A stretch of 32,295 nucleotides of DNA from Planctomycetota bacterium (GTDB lineage: Bacteria; Planctomycetota; UBA11346): assembly GCA_044352625.1 (NCBI GenBank), contig JBILDK010000001.1, positions 1-32,295 of the forward strand, written 5' to 3'. This document shows, in pieces, positions 16,916-24,807 of this stretch. Each line of letters opens with the position of its first letter. Position 1 is the first letter of the stretch. A program made the position numbers and the translations under genes. The notes under the pieces are model-generated. The model was not told the origin of the DNA. It saw only the letters and a list, made by a program, of their open reading frames with translations, and made no database searches.

Positions 16916-17746
16916 ATGAGCTTCACCTCGCGCCAGTTGGCCCTCCACGCCGCCCGTCTCGCCTCGGACAAGGGGGCCACCGACATTGCGGTGATCCAGC
17001 TGCCCGCCATCGCCGGGACGGCGTTCGACTACGTGGTGCTGGCCACCGCAACCTCCGACCGCCAGACCAACGCAGTGGTCGAGGAGATTTTCCACTTCTG
17101 CAAGCGTCACGGCGTCAATCGCATGCCGGTCGAGGGCGAGTCAGGGTGGATGCTGATCGATGGCGGCGATGTGGTGGTCCACGCGCAGAGCGCCGAGATG
17201 CGTGCACGTTACGACCTCGATCACCTGTGGCCCACCGGCAAGCTGGTCAAAGCCTGGGAGGCCGAAGCCAACACCTTGGGCGATCCTGACAAGCCAGCCG
17301 CGGCCCCGCGCCGTGCAGAAAGCGCCAACGACGAGTCCGGTCCAGGCACGGCGCCCAAGCGCCGCCGCGCCGCCGCCCGCGTCCCGGTGGGTGCGCCGGA
17401 TCCGATAGTCGAGTCCGGGGTGCTGCCGACCCAGTTCGAGAAGAGCTCCAAGAAAGTCGCGGTCAAACTCGGCGCCACGCCCAAGGCGAAGGCCAAAGCC
17501 AAGCAGAAGGCGCGGCTGCGGACCGTTCCCAAGGCCCCACCCGCTGGCGCGGCTACGCTCATGTCGATCCCGCTGTCGCGGATGACGTCTCACGCCAGCC
17601 CAGTGACCAAGGCCCGTGCCGCGGCCAAGGCTGCGGCCAAGCCCGCCGCATCTCGTCCAGCCGCGGCCAAGCCGGGTAAGACGGCGGTCAAACTGGGCAA
17701 GGCCCCGGCCAAGCCCGCCCCCAAAACCACGACCCGGAAGCGCTGA
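16916..17746 (+). CDS. rsfS: ribosome silencing factor RsfS fused to a long Lys/Ala/Pro-rich C-terminal tail
   Basis: The first ~115 aa match RsfS/iojap (FDYVVLATATSDRQTNAVVEEI...EGESGWMLIDGGDVVVHAQSAEMRARYDLDHLW). The remaining ~160 aa are low-complexity basic sequence (KAKAKAKQKA, AAKAAAKPAASRPAAAKPGK...). Confidence 0.85.
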   Translation: MSFTSRQLALHAARLASDKGATDIAVIQLPAIAGTAFDYVVLATATSDRQTNAVVEEIFHFCKRHGVNRMPVEGESGWMLIDGGDVVVHAQSAEMRARYDLDHLWPTGKLVKAWEAEANTLGDPDKPAAAPRRAESANDESGPGTAPKRRRAAARVPVGAPDPIVESGVLPTQFEKSSKKVAVKLGATPKAKAKAKQKARLRTVPKAPPAGAATLMSIPLSRMTSHASPVTKARAAAKAAAKPAASRPAAAKPGKTAVKLGKAPAKPAPKTTTRKR

Positions 17747-18684
17747 TGTTCAAGGCCCTCGGGCGTTTTTTCAGCAAGGTCAAAGAGGGCCTGGCCAAGA
17801 CCCGTGACCGCATCGGTGGGGCGTTGCGCAGCCTGATCGGTGCTGGGCGCACGATTGATGCCGCCTTTCTCGGCCAGCTTGAGGACACGCTGCTCCAGGC
17901 CGACATCGGCGTGACCAAGACCGAGGAGATCATCGCCGACCTCAAGCGCCGCTACCGCGACGGCGAGGTTGCCAAAGGCGAGGACCTGTTGGCGTTCCTG
18001 CGCCGCACCTTGCGCGATGAGTTGGCCGCCAACGAGACCGAGTTGCCCCTGGCCAGTCCCGGTCCCACCGTGGTGCTGATCGTCGGCGTGAATGGCGCGG
18101 GCAAGACCACCACCATCGCCAAGCTCGCCAAGCGCTTCACCGACCAGGGCAAGAAGGTCATCATCGGCGCCGGTGACACCTATCGCGCCGCCGCCATTGA
18201 ACAGCTCAGCATCTGGGCCGGGCGCGCCGGGGTCGAGATCATCAAGTCGCACCAGGGTGGCGATGCGGCCGCGGTGGCCTTCGACGCGGTGGCCGCCGGC
18301 GAGGCCCGCGGAGCCGACGTGGTGCTGATCGACACGGCGGGGCGACTGCACAACAAAGAGCACCTGATGCGCGAGTTGGAGAAAGTCCGCCGCGTCATCC
18401 AGAAGCGCATCCCCGCCGCACCGCATCAGGTGCTCCTGGTGCTCGACGGCACCGCCGGCCAGAACGCGGTGCAGCAGGCCAAGGTGTTCAAGGATGTGAT
18501 GGGCGTCACCGGGCTGGTGATCACCAAGCTCGATGGCACCGCCAAGGGCGGGGCGGCGCTGTCGATCCGTCGCGAGCTTGCGCTGCCGGTGCGCTACATC
18601 GGTGTGGGCGAGGGCATGGACGACCTCCAGCCGTTCGACCCGGATGCCTTCATTGCCGCGATTTTCGGCGATTCGGACGCCTGA
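17746..18684 (+). CDS. ftsY: signal recognition particle receptor FtsY
   Basis: SRP-GTPase motifs GVNGAGKTTTIAKLA, DTAGRLH, TKLDGTAKGG. The ATG overlaps the rsfS stop (TGATG). Confidence 0.95.
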   Translation: MFKALGRFFSKVKEGLAKTRDRIGGALRSLIGAGRTIDAAFLGQLEDTLLQADIGVTKTEEIIADLKRRYRDGEVAKGEDLLAFLRRTLRDELAANETELPLASPGPTVVLIVGVNGAGKTTTIAKLAKRFTDQGKKVIIGAGDTYRAAAIEQLSIWAGRAGVEIIKSHQGGDAAAVAFDAVAAGEARGADVVLIDTAGRLHNKEHLMRELEKVRRVIQKRIPAAPHQVLLVLDGTAGQNAVQQAKVFKDVMGVTGLVITKLDGTAKGGAALSIRRELALPVRYIGVGEGMDDLQPFDPDAFIAAIFGDSDA

Positions 18685-18693
18685 CCGTCCGCT

Positions 18694-19929
18694 GTGCCGC
18701 AACGCTGGATCATCGCCCTGGCGGGCACTACGATGCATCTCTGTCTGGGCACGGTCTATGCCTGGAGCTACTTCCAGCGTCCGGTGATGGAGCTGCACCA
18801 CTGGAACAACAGCCAGGCCGCCTGGACCTTCAGCATTGCGATTTGTTGCCTCGGTTTAGCGGCGGCGGCGGGAGGGATGCTGCTGCCGCGCTGGGGTTCG
18901 CGCTGGCTGGCGGGACTCGGCGGAGTGTTGTTCGGGCTTGGGCATCTGATCGCGGGGCAGGCCCTCGCCAGCGGTTCGCTGTGGCTGCTGTGGCTGGGAT
19001 ACGGCGTCGTCGGTGGCTGCGGTTTGGGTCTGGGCTATGTGGTGCCGGTGGCGCTGGTGGCGCGCTGGTTTCCTGAACGGAAAGGCTTGGCCACGGGCCT
19101 CGTGGTGATGGGCTTCGGGCTCGGCGCGGTAGTGATGAGCAAGCTGCTTGCGCCGGCCCTGCTTGCGGCCTGCGCCGGGGACCTGGCGCGCACCTTCACC
19201 GTACTCGGCTGCATCTTCCTGGTACTGGTGCCGGGATTGGCGCTGCTCCTGCGCGAGCCGCCGATGGTGACGACGACCACAACCGCCCTCGGTCCGGACG
19301 CCGCCACCTGCCTGCGTTCGTGGCGTTTCGCCGGGCTGTGGCTGGCCTTCGCCTGTGCGGTCACTGCCGGGATCATGCTCATCGGGTTCCAGTCGCCGTT
19401 GCTTCAGGACCTGCTGGCCCGCCGCGATGCGACGTTGGATGGGGCTACGCTGGCGGCGCTGGGCGCGACCCTGATCGCGGCGGGATCCATCGCCAATGGC
19501 CTGGGGCGCTTGGCCTGGGGCGCGCTCAGCGATCGTCTCGGGCGCGCGAGCACGCTGCGCCTGATCCTGGCGGCGCAGGCGGCCGCCTTCGCTGCCATGC
19601 TGCTGCTGCCCGGTCCGTGGCCGTTTGCGCTGCTCGCTTGCGTGGTGTTGCTCGGCTATGGCGGTGCGTTCGGCACCGTGCCCGCCTTTGTCTTGCAGAC
19701 GTTCGGGGCTCGCGCCATGGCCACGGTGTATGGCGCGCTGCTCACCGCGTGGTCGGTCGCCGGCATCATTGGCCCGCAACTCGCCGCCGCGATCCGGGAT
19801 CGGGTTGCTGATCCGGCGACTCAGGCGACGTGGGTATTCCTTGCCGGCCTGGGCATTGCCGCGCTCGGCTTGGCCATCGCTTGGCGTGTGTCTGACCGGC
19901 CGCTCAGCGTCGCTGACGCACCAGGGTAA
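18694..19929 (+). CDS. MFS transporter (oxalate/formate antiporter-like family)
   Basis: About 12 predicted hydrophobic helices. The N-terminus WIIALAGTTMHLCLGTVYAWSYF is typical of the OFA subfamily, recalled from memory. The GTG start is 9 nt after the ftsY stop. Confidence 0.8.
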   Translation: MPQRWIIALAGTTMHLCLGTVYAWSYFQRPVMELHHWNNSQAAWTFSIAICCLGLAAAAGGMLLPRWGSRWLAGLGGVLFGLGHLIAGQALASGSLWLLWLGYGVVGGCGLGLGYVVPVALVARWFPERKGLATGLVVMGFGLGAVVMSKLLAPALLAACAGDLARTFTVLGCIFLVLVPGLALLLREPPMVTTTTTALGPDAATCLRSWRFAGLWLAFACAVTAGIMLIGFQSPLLQDLLARRDATLDGATLAALGATLIAAGSIANGLGRLAWGALSDRLGRASTLRLILAAQAAAFAAMLLLPGPWPFALLACVVLLGYGGAFGTVPAFVLQTFGARAMATVYGALLTAWSVAGIIGPQLAAAIRDRVADPATQATWVFLAGLGIAALGLAIAWRVSDRPLSVADAPG

Positions 19930-20464
19930 GCCCGAGCACTGCGCCAAGGGCGAGACCGAGAATGCCCCCGGCGATCAGCCAGCCCCAGGGCCGGGCGACC
20001 GGGTCCGGGGGCGGCGCGGGCTGGTCGATGGTCACCGCAAGCAGGGTCAGCCGCCAGCCGTCCATGGTATAAATCGCCCCCGCATGCCAGCGCCCGGGCC
20101 GGCCCTCGGCAAGGGCGGCACCACCCGCCAGCGCGTGATCGGCATCGATGCGTGGCTCGTCCGCCAGCTGCAGCGCCAAGCCCGGGGTCGCGTCCGGCAG
20201 CGCCGCGTCCGGCGTTGCGAGCTGGGCCAGCGCCGTGCGATCGCCCTCTGCCAGGGCGCGCGCCGCGGCCACCACCAGACGACGCACGGCGCTGCGATCT
20301 TCGCCCACGTCCCGAGGCAATGGCACGACCTCGAGGACCGGCGTCGGGGGTTCGACTGCTGGGTCCAGTGCTGGCTCGGGCAACGGCGTGGGCTGCGCAG
20401 GCGGCGATTCCTCGGCGACGAGCGGCAGCAGGCAAAGGACGACCGGGACGAGGCAACGCAGCAT
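19904..20464 (-). CDS. hypothetical exported protein with a Pro-rich N-region and a C-terminal TM anchor plus basic tail
   Basis: ATG at 20464 gives the signal-like MLRCLVPVVLCLLPLVAEE. The C-terminus is WLIAGGILGLALGAVLGLTLVRQRR. An alternative ATG at 20512 overlaps the rlmH stop. No family recognised. Confidence 0.5.
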   Translation of the reverse strand: MLRCLVPVVLCLLPLVAEESPPAQPTPLPEPALDPAVEPPTPVLEVVPLPRDVGEDRSAVRRLVVAAARALAEGDRTALAQLATPDAALPDATPGLALQLADEPRIDADHALAGGAALAEGRPGRWHAGAIYTMDGWRLTLLAVTIDQPAPPPDPVARPWGWLIAGGILGLALGAVLGLTLVRQRR

Positions 20465-20504
20465 GAACGCATGCTGCGTCCGGGCGGCCGCGATCCACCG
20501 TCGC

Positions 20505-20927
20505 TCAACCATGATGGTACCCGGTCCCGGCCAGGATGGTGGCGGCGCGATAGAGCTGCTCGACCAGCACGAGATGCGCGAGCTGGTGCGGCAGGACCAT
20601 GGCCGAGAGCGACAGCCGGGCATCCGCCAGGGCCGCGCTGGGGGCGTGATGGCCATAGGCCTCGCCCACCAGAAACGCCACCGCGCCGTGGTGCATGGTC
20701 CATTGCTGGAGGCGTTTCGCGAAGGCCTCGCTGGTGGGCTGGTCGCCGCGTTCATCCAGGATCACGCGCCAGCGTGCGGTGGCGGGCCACAACGGGGTCT
20801 CGCCCTTGGGTTCGCGCTCGACGATGGTCAGCGAGCCGAAGCGCTTGAAGCGCTTGACGTACTCGTCGCGCAGGGCGGCGACATGGGGATCGCGCAGCCG
20901 GCCATGCTGGACCACGGTGAGATTCAC
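20505..20927 (-). CDS. rlmH: 23S rRNA (pseudouridine1915-N3)-methyltransferase RlmH
   Basis: SPOUT/RlmH pattern: VNLTVVQHGRLRD..., ILDERGDQPTSEAFA, AFLVGEAYGH, LSLSAMVLPHQLAHLVLVEQLYRAATILAGTGYH. The GTG at 20927 fits the usual family length (~140-155 aa). Confidence 0.85.
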   Translation of the reverse strand: MNLTVVQHGRLRDPHVAALRDEYVKRFKRFGSLTIVEREPKGETPLWPATARWRVILDERGDQPTSEAFAKRLQQWTMHHGAVAFLVGEAYGHHAPSAALADARLSLSAMVLPHQLAHLVLVEQLYRAATILAGTGYHHG

Positions 20928-20979
20928 GGACGTGAGGGTGTGCTGGCATCCGGCGCCGCAACCGGCAGCATCACCGGCG

Positions 20980-21882
20980 ATGACCGCCGCCGCTTCATCC
21001 CTGGTCTCGGCCGCCGACCTCGCCCGCCTGCACAGCTTGGAAGTGGCGGCGCGGATCGTGGTCGAAGGCGTGCGCACTGGCGCCCACCGCAGCCCGCACA
21101 AGGGCCACTCGGTGGATTTCGCCGACCACCGCGCCTATGTGCCCGGAGACGACCTGCGCCACCTCGACTGGAAGGTCATGGGGCGTTCGGATCGGCTGGT
21201 GCTCAAACGCTACGAGGCCGAGACCGACCTGGGCTGCCATCTCTGCGTCGATGGCAGCGCCTCCATGGGCTACCAGGGTTCGCGGGCGGCGGTGACCAAG
21301 TACCGCTATGCCGCGACCCTCGCCGCCTGCCTCGGCTGCCTGGTGCTCGAACAGCGCGACCGCGCCGGGCTGGTGCTGTTCCACGAGACGGCGGTGGTCG
21401 AGCAGGCGCCGGCGCTGCAGGGCCAGCTCATCCGCATGTGCCGCGCGCTGGAGGCCCACACTCCGGCCCAGGGCACCGATGCGGCCAAGGGCCTGCAACG
21501 GCTGCACGCTCCGACCACGCGCAAGGGTCTGGTGATCCTGATCAGCGACCTGATGGACGAGGTCGAGGCCATCGCCGCCGCGGTCGAACGTCTGGCCCAC
21601 CACGGCCATGACTGCGCCCTGGTGTGGGTGCTGGACCCGGATGAGCGCGACCTGGGGGTGGGCAGCGTCAGCCGTTTCCAGGGCCTGGAAAACGACGGCG
21701 AGCTGACCGCCGAGCCGCGGGCCCTGCGCACCGCCTACCAGGCCGAGGTCGAACGCCACCAGCGCGACCTCACCACGATGTGCCGCCGGCGCAAACTGGC
21801 GTTCACCGCCTGTACCACCGACGAGGCGCCCCACCTGCCGCTGAATCGATTGCTGGTGGCGTTGCACGCTGAACGTCGCTGA
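20980..21882 (+). CDS. DUF58 domain-containing protein (vWA-like, usually MoxR-associated)
   Basis: HRSPHKGHSVDFADHRAYVPGDDLRHLDWKVMGRSDRLVLKRYEAETDL is the hallmark DUF58 motif. The ATG at 20980 is in frame within track ORF 20695..21882. Confidence 0.85.
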   Translation: MTAAASSLVSAADLARLHSLEVAARIVVEGVRTGAHRSPHKGHSVDFADHRAYVPGDDLRHLDWKVMGRSDRLVLKRYEAETDLGCHLCVDGSASMGYQGSRAAVTKYRYAATLAACLGCLVLEQRDRAGLVLFHETAVVEQAPALQGQLIRMCRALEAHTPAQGTDAAKGLQRLHAPTTRKGLVILISDLMDEVEAIAAAVERLAHHGHDCALVWVLDPDERDLGVGSVSRFQGLENDGELTAEPRALRTAYQAEVERHQRDLTTMCRRRKLAFTACTTDEAPHLPLNRLLVALHAERR

Positions 21883-21961
21883 TCCATAACCCGGGCGCAT
21901 CGGTTGGCGAGCAACCTGATTTAGTCGTGCATGCGTCTGCCATGGACGGCAGAATCCCGCC

Positions 21962-23191
21962 ATGACCCAGACCGCGCCCGCCAGCCTGCGCCTGCACCTC
22001 GGCCTCTATGGCCGGCGCAACGCCGGGAAATCCTCGCTGGTCAATGCCCTCACCGGGCAGCAGGTCGCCATCGTCTCGCCGGTGGCCGGCACCACCACCG
22101 ACCCGGTGGAAAAGGCCATGGAGCTGCTGCCCCTCGGACCGGTGCTGTTCATGGACACCGCCGGCATCGACGACGACCAGGGCGACCTGGGCGCCATGCG
22201 CATCGCCGCCACGCGCCGCACCCTCGACCGCTGCGAGCTGGCGCTGATCGTCGCCGGCCCCGCCGGCTGGGGCGCCCCTGAACGCAGCCTGGCCGAGGAG
22301 TGCCGCCGCCGCGCCATCCCCGCCATCGCCGTGTTCAACCATGCCGACGTGGCGGCGCCGGATCCGGCGCTGCTCACCGAACTGCGCGCCGCCGGGCTGC
22401 CGGCAGTGGCGTGCTCGGCCCTGACCGGAGCGGGCATCGCCGACCTGCGCGCGGCGCTCATCGCCCAGGCCCCGGAAAGCGCCCTGGCGCCTCCAGTACT
22501 GCTCGGCGACCTGGTTCCGCCCGGCGGCCTCGCGGTGCTGGTGGTGCCGATCGATACCGAGGCCCCCAAGGGCCGCCTGATCATGCCCCAGGTCCAGGCG
22601 ATCCGCGACCTTCTCGACCACGACAGCCTGGCGCTGGTGGTGAAGGAACGCGAACTGCGCTCGGCGCTGGAACGCCTCAACCGCCCGCCGGATCTGGTGG
22701 TGACCGACAGCCAGGCATTCCTGAAGGTCGCCGGCGACGTGCCCGACGCGGTGCCGATGACCTCGTTCAGCATCCTCTTCGCGCGGCTCAAGGGCGACCT
22801 CGCCACCCTCGCCCGGGGGGCCGCCGCCATCGAGCGCCTCAAGACCGGCGACCGGGTGCTGATGGCCGAGAGCTGCACCCACCATCCCATCGGCGAGGAC
22901 ATCGGCCGGGTCAAGATCCCGCGCTGGCTGACCCAGTACGTGGGCGGCCAGCTCGACTTCCGCACCACCGCCGGCAAGGATTTCCCGGCGGATCTCGCGG
23001 ACCACCGCCTGGTGGTCCACTGCGGTTCATGCACCACCAACCGACGGTTGATGCTGACCAGGATGGAGGCCTGCCGCGCTGCCGGCGTACCGATCACCAA
23101 CTACGGCCTCGCCATCGCGTGGTCCTTGGGGATCTTCCCGCGTGCGCTGCGTCCGTTCCCGGGTGTCTACGAGGAGGTGTGCCGTGGGTAA
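21962..23191 (+). CDS. hydF: [FeFe]-hydrogenase H-cluster maturation GTPase HydF
   Basis: N-terminal GTPase domain (GRRNAGKSSLVNAL, TTTDPV, DTAGIDD). Central PIDTEAPKGRLIMPQVQAIRDLLD. C-terminal cluster-binding CTHHP ... DIGRVKIPRWL ... HCGSCTTNRR ... PITNYG. Collinear with Thermotoga HydF as I recall it. Confidence 0.9.
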   Translation: MTQTAPASLRLHLGLYGRRNAGKSSLVNALTGQQVAIVSPVAGTTTDPVEKAMELLPLGPVLFMDTAGIDDDQGDLGAMRIAATRRTLDRCELALIVAGPAGWGAPERSLAEECRRRAIPAIAVFNHADVAAPDPALLTELRAAGLPAVACSALTGAGIADLRAALIAQAPESALAPPVLLGDLVPPGGLAVLVVPIDTEAPKGRLIMPQVQAIRDLLDHDSLALVVKERELRSALERLNRPPDLVVTDSQAFLKVAGDVPDAVPMTSFSILFARLKGDLATLARGAAAIERLKTGDRVLMAESCTHHPIGEDIGRVKIPRWLTQYVGGQLDFRTTAGKDFPADLADHRLVVHCGSCTTNRRLMLTRMEACRAAGVPITNYGLAIAWSLGIFPRALRPFPGVYEEVCRG

Positions 23192-23453
23192 AGCCAAAGC
23201 CAAACCGGTGGTGTGGATCGAGGAAGGCTGCATCGGCTGCGGCCTCTGCGCCCACTACTGCCCCACGGTGTTCCAACTCAACGCGGTTACCGACGAGAGC
23301 CGGGTGCGCGGCGCTGCGCGTTGCGACGGCGTGACCGATGGCAATGCCTATCGGCGCTCGCCCCTGGTCGAAGGCCTGCCAGCCACGGTGCGCGAGGAGG
23401 TCGGCGAGGTCATCGCCGACTGCCCGATGCACACGGTGCGCATGAGTGGTTGA
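23184..23453 (+). CDS. small ferredoxin (single Fe-S cluster type)
   Basis: The GTG at 23184 is preceded by GAGGAGG (23171-77) and overlaps the hydF stop by 8 nt. It has a CIGCGLCAHYCP motif and a distal ...DCP Cys near the C-terminus. 89 aa. Confidence 0.75.
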   Translation: MGKAKAKPVVWIEEGCIGCGLCAHYCPTVFQLNAVTDESRVRGAARCDGVTDGNAYRRSPLVEGLPATVREEVGEVIADCPMHTVRMSG

Positions 23454-23666
23454 CCCTTCTGCAGCATGCGCGTTCGCGAGGGCTGGTGTCGCCACCACAC
23501 CCGCACCTACGAGCCCCGGCGCGACCACAGCCACACTGAGCAAACGGAACGAACCTTCGAGCCCAGGCTCGACCCTGCTAGGCGCGAGCACCGTGGTTCA
23601 TGCATTGAAATGGGCGATTGCTGCGCCAGTGATCGGACTACAGTACTTCCCGAACCTGGAGTAAGT

Positions 23667-24797
23667 ATGTCCACCGCCCGCCTGATCCTTGCCGATGGAA
23701 CGATTTTTCGTGGGCGCGCCGTGGGTGCGGTGGGTTCGACCACCGGCGAGGCGGTGTTCAATACCGGCATGACCGGGTATCAGGAAGTACTCACTGATCC
23801 GTCCTACACCGGGCAGATTGTGACCATGACCTATCCCGAGATCGGGAACTATGGCATCAATGCCGCCGACATGGAATCGGATCGTGCGTTCGCCGCCGGC
23901 TTCGTCATGCGCCAGTGCTGCGACGTGCCCTCGAACTTCCGCGCGACGGAATCCCTGCCTGCGTTCCTCGCCCGCTCCGGCGTGGTCGCCATCGACGGCG
24001 TTGACACCCGCGCCCTCACCCGCCGCCTGCGCGTGTCGGGGGCGATGAACGCGATCATCTCCAGCGAAGAGTCGCTCTCCGATGCGGCGCTGATCGAGCG
24101 CCTGCGCGCGGTGCCGTCCATGGCCGGGCTCGATCTGGCCAGCACCGCCGGCACGCGCAACGCCTACACATGGACCGAGAAGTCCGACCCCGCGACCTTC
24201 GGCGTGCCGGTTGACGCCGGTGCGTGGAAGCGCCCGGGGCGCGTGGTTGCCCTCGATTTCGGCCTCAAGAAGAACATCCTGCGCCTGCTTGCCGCCCATG
24301 GGCTGGAGGTCACCGTGGTGCCCGCCGCCACCAGCGCCGCCGACATCCTGGCGCGCAAGCCCGACGGCATCTTCCTGTCCAACGGGCCCGGCGATCCCGC
24401 CGTGGTGCCGGCCGTCGCGACCGTGCGCGAACTCATCACAACCGACCTGCCGCTGTTCGGCATCTGCCTCGGCCACCAGATCCTCGGTCTCGCCTACGGC
24501 GCGAAGACCTTCAAGCTCAAGTTCGGCCATCGCGGCGCGAACCACCCGATCAAGCGCCTGCGCGACGGCGCGGTCGAGATCGCCAGCCACAACCACGGCT
24601 TCGCTGTGGATCCCGCCAGCCTGCCGGCGGACGTGCGCATGAGCCACATCAACCTCAACGACCAGACCTGCGCCGGCATCGAGCATGTCAGCAAGCCGCA
24701 GTTCAGCGTGCAGTACCACCCCGAGGCCGGCCCCGGCCCCGCCGATCCGCTGTACCTGTTCCGCCAGTTCGCCGACGTCATCCGCACCCGTATCTGA
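23667..24797 (+). CDS. carA: carbamoyl-phosphate synthase small (glutaminase) subunit
   Basis: MSTARLILADGTIFRG...FNTGMTGYQEVLTDPSYTGQIV...YPEIGNYGIN. GATase triad region LFGICLGHQIL ... HNHGF. GGAG precedes the ATG at 23667. Confidence 0.95.
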   Translation: MSTARLILADGTIFRGRAVGAVGSTTGEAVFNTGMTGYQEVLTDPSYTGQIVTMTYPEIGNYGINAADMESDRAFAAGFVMRQCCDVPSNFRATESLPAFLARSGVVAIDGVDTRALTRRLRVSGAMNAIISSEESLSDAALIERLRAVPSMAGLDLASTAGTRNAYTWTEKSDPATFGVPVDAGAWKRPGRVVALDFGLKKNILRLLAAHGLEVTVVPAATSAADILARKPDGIFLSNGPGDPAVVPAVATVRELITTDLPLFGICLGHQILGLAYGAKTFKLKFGHRGANHPIKRLRDGAVEIASHNHGFAVDPASLPADVRMSHINLNDQTCAGIEHVSKPQFSVQYHPEAGPGPADPLYLFRQFADVIRTRI

Positions 24798-24807
24798 GGT
24801 CTTCGCC

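Noticed and set aside
17590-18801. 403-aa minus-strand ORF
   Set aside because: Antisense to ftsY, whose SRP-GTPase motifs are unambiguous. No motifs of its own.
19625-21611. 407-aa and 487-aa plus-strand ORFs (19625..20848, 20148..21611), very Arg/Pro/Gly-rich
   Set aside because: They overlap the MFS 3' end, the exported hypothetical gene, rlmH and DUF58, either in the wrong frame or antisense. The composition is typical of out-of-frame GC-rich translation.
21803-23100. 405-aa and 364-aa minus-strand ORFs (21803..23020, 22006..23100)
   Set aside because: Both are antisense to hydF, in different frames. Low-complexity Arg/Gly/Ala composition.
23454-23666. 213-nt gap upstream of carA, checked for PyrR/ARG-box-type regulatory elements
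   Set aside because: I could not find a convincing PyrR binding loop or ARG-box palindrome by eye. Only a slightly AT-richer stretch lies near 23600-23620.
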